DNA from: Minisyncoccota bacterium
GTDB taxonomy: Bacteria > Patescibacteriota > Minisyncoccia > Phycocordibacterales > UBA5272
Length of the DNA stretch: 45,152 bases
Direction of reading: 5' to 3'
Assembly: GCA_043736905.1 (NCBI GenBank)
Contig: JAYTBQ010000011.1
Coordinates: 1 to 45,152 of the forward strand
Shown piece after piece: positions 44,821 to 45,152 of this stretch. The stretch's first letter is position 1. Every line of letters begins with the position of its first letter. The notes beneath the pieces were generated by a model. That model saw only the letters and a program-made list of their open reading frames with translations, had not been told where the DNA came from and did no database searches. A program made the position numbers and the translations under genes.

Positions 44821-45061
44821 GACAATTTACAGAGAAATATCAAAAATTCCCTTATGGTAAGGGTTGTTAAAGCATACAGTACACAAATTGTGAGTTTGTT
44901 TTTATCTTTCTTTTGTCACACTCTAGCGCACTATGGCGACTTGTGTTCATTTTCGCTTGAACGCGGATAGTGTTGGAAGGATCACTATCAAGTCCTCTAT
45001 TGAAAACAATAAATCGACAATATTCGTACACCGTACTAAAACGTATGTAGAACGATTTCAC

Positions 45062-45152
45062 ATTGAATTAATCCACGACCAGCTTCCGCTAGCCGTGCCT
45101 TGTTACGACTTACTCCCTGTCACCGAATTCACCTTAGTCCTAGACAAGCTAA
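45062..45152 (-). rRNA. rrs: 16S rRNA, 3'-terminal ~90 nt (gene continues beyond the window)
   Basis: The minus strand reads ...AGTAAGTCGTAACAAGGCACGGCTAGC-GGAA-GCTGGTCGTGGATTAATTCAATG. This covers the universal AAGTCGTAACAAGG (1492R site) and helix 45 with a GGAA tetraloop (10 bp at 45074-45083 / 45088-45097). Confidence 0.9.

Noticed and set aside
44961-45000. + strand string GCGGATAGTGTTGGAAGGATCACTATCAAGTCCTC, which loosely resembles a 16S 3' end (GCGGTTGGATCACCTCC).
   Set aside because: It is on the opposite strand to the real 16S. The match needs several indels, there is no helix 45 next to it, and CCTCC is not intact. It is most likely chance, though a decayed rRNA-end relic cannot be excluded without alignment.
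44485-45061. ORFs 44485-44970 (+, 161 aa), 44505-44843 (-, 112 aa) and 44867-45061 (-, 64 aa).
   Set aside because: The first two read straight through the GC-rich terminator hairpin, are Arg/Leu/Ser-rich, and compete with the SD- and terminator-bounded 119-aa ORF. The third abuts the 16S 3' flank and has no start context.
1-45152. Search for CRISPR arrays, IS elements/transposases, integrases, prophage genes and toxin-antitoxin pairs.
   Set aside because: No regularly spaced direct repeats, no transposase, integrase or recombinase-like ORF, and no terminal inverted repeats were seen. The only repeat of note is the tRNA-Ile duplication, reported separately.
1-45152. Alternative genetic code (UGA as Gly, as in some CPR lineages).
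   Set aside because: Genes end at TGA with normal family lengths, for example the GT4 gene at 10476-10478 in an ATGA overlap. No conserved domain is interrupted by in-frame TGA, so the standard bacterial code fits.

Overview
This is an AT-rich window (mid-30s %GC by eye) that is densely coding and uses the standard genetic code: TGA is used as a stop and ORF lengths are normal. The gene content suggests a small-genome Patescibacteria/CPR-like bacterium. That assignment is inference only. It rests on lamin-tail-domain secreted proteins, a DUF4015-type hydrolase, an O-antigen-ligase/TPR fusion, truncated central-metabolism enzymes and unlinked rRNA genes.

Layout:
- 1-140: structured non-coding RNA, possibly the 3' end of a 23S rRNA on the + strand (uncertain).
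- 259-32140: a ~32 kb surface-glycan island. It holds a Wzy_C/ligase-type membrane protein, a GT11 fucosyltransferase, GT32, three GT2-type enzymes, one GT4, three FkbM methyltransferases plus one other methyltransferase, a hexapeptide acetyltransferase, RmlA/RmlB and several SDR epimerase/reductases. It also holds an operon headed by a transaldolase-family gene that contains a Cys-less UDP-glucose-dehydrogenase homologue, a complete GDP-D-glycero-alpha-D-manno-heptose set (GmhA, HddA, fused GmhB-HddC), a Wzx flippase and Gmd/Fcl.
- 32163-36872: a secreted LTD/PKD protein, an orphan soluble TraD/VirD4-like ATPase, a DUF4015 hydrolase and a small membrane protein.
- 36926-39148: rsmI, a hypothetical gene and murB.
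- 39211-43513: glycerate kinase, enolase, a mini pyruvate kinase and a D-2-hydroxyacid dehydrogenase.
- 43680-45152: tRNA-Ile(GAU) plus a degenerate copy, small ORFs, GC-rich terminators and the 3' end of a 16S rRNA (minus strand).

Most interesting observations:
- A seven-gene module, AcpS / FkbH-like / carrier protein / MaoC dehydratase / SDR / MBOAT / DltD-AlgJ-like, at 24495-29966. It reads as a Dlt-like extracytoplasmic acylation system in which an FkbH C3 loader takes the place of the adenylating ligase.
- A 16S 3' tail with no CCUCC anti-Shine-Dalgarno. This matches near-universal absence of SD motifs and a recurrent TATACT-N6-9-ATG (leaderless-type) arrangement.

No CRISPR array, IS element or prophage was seen.
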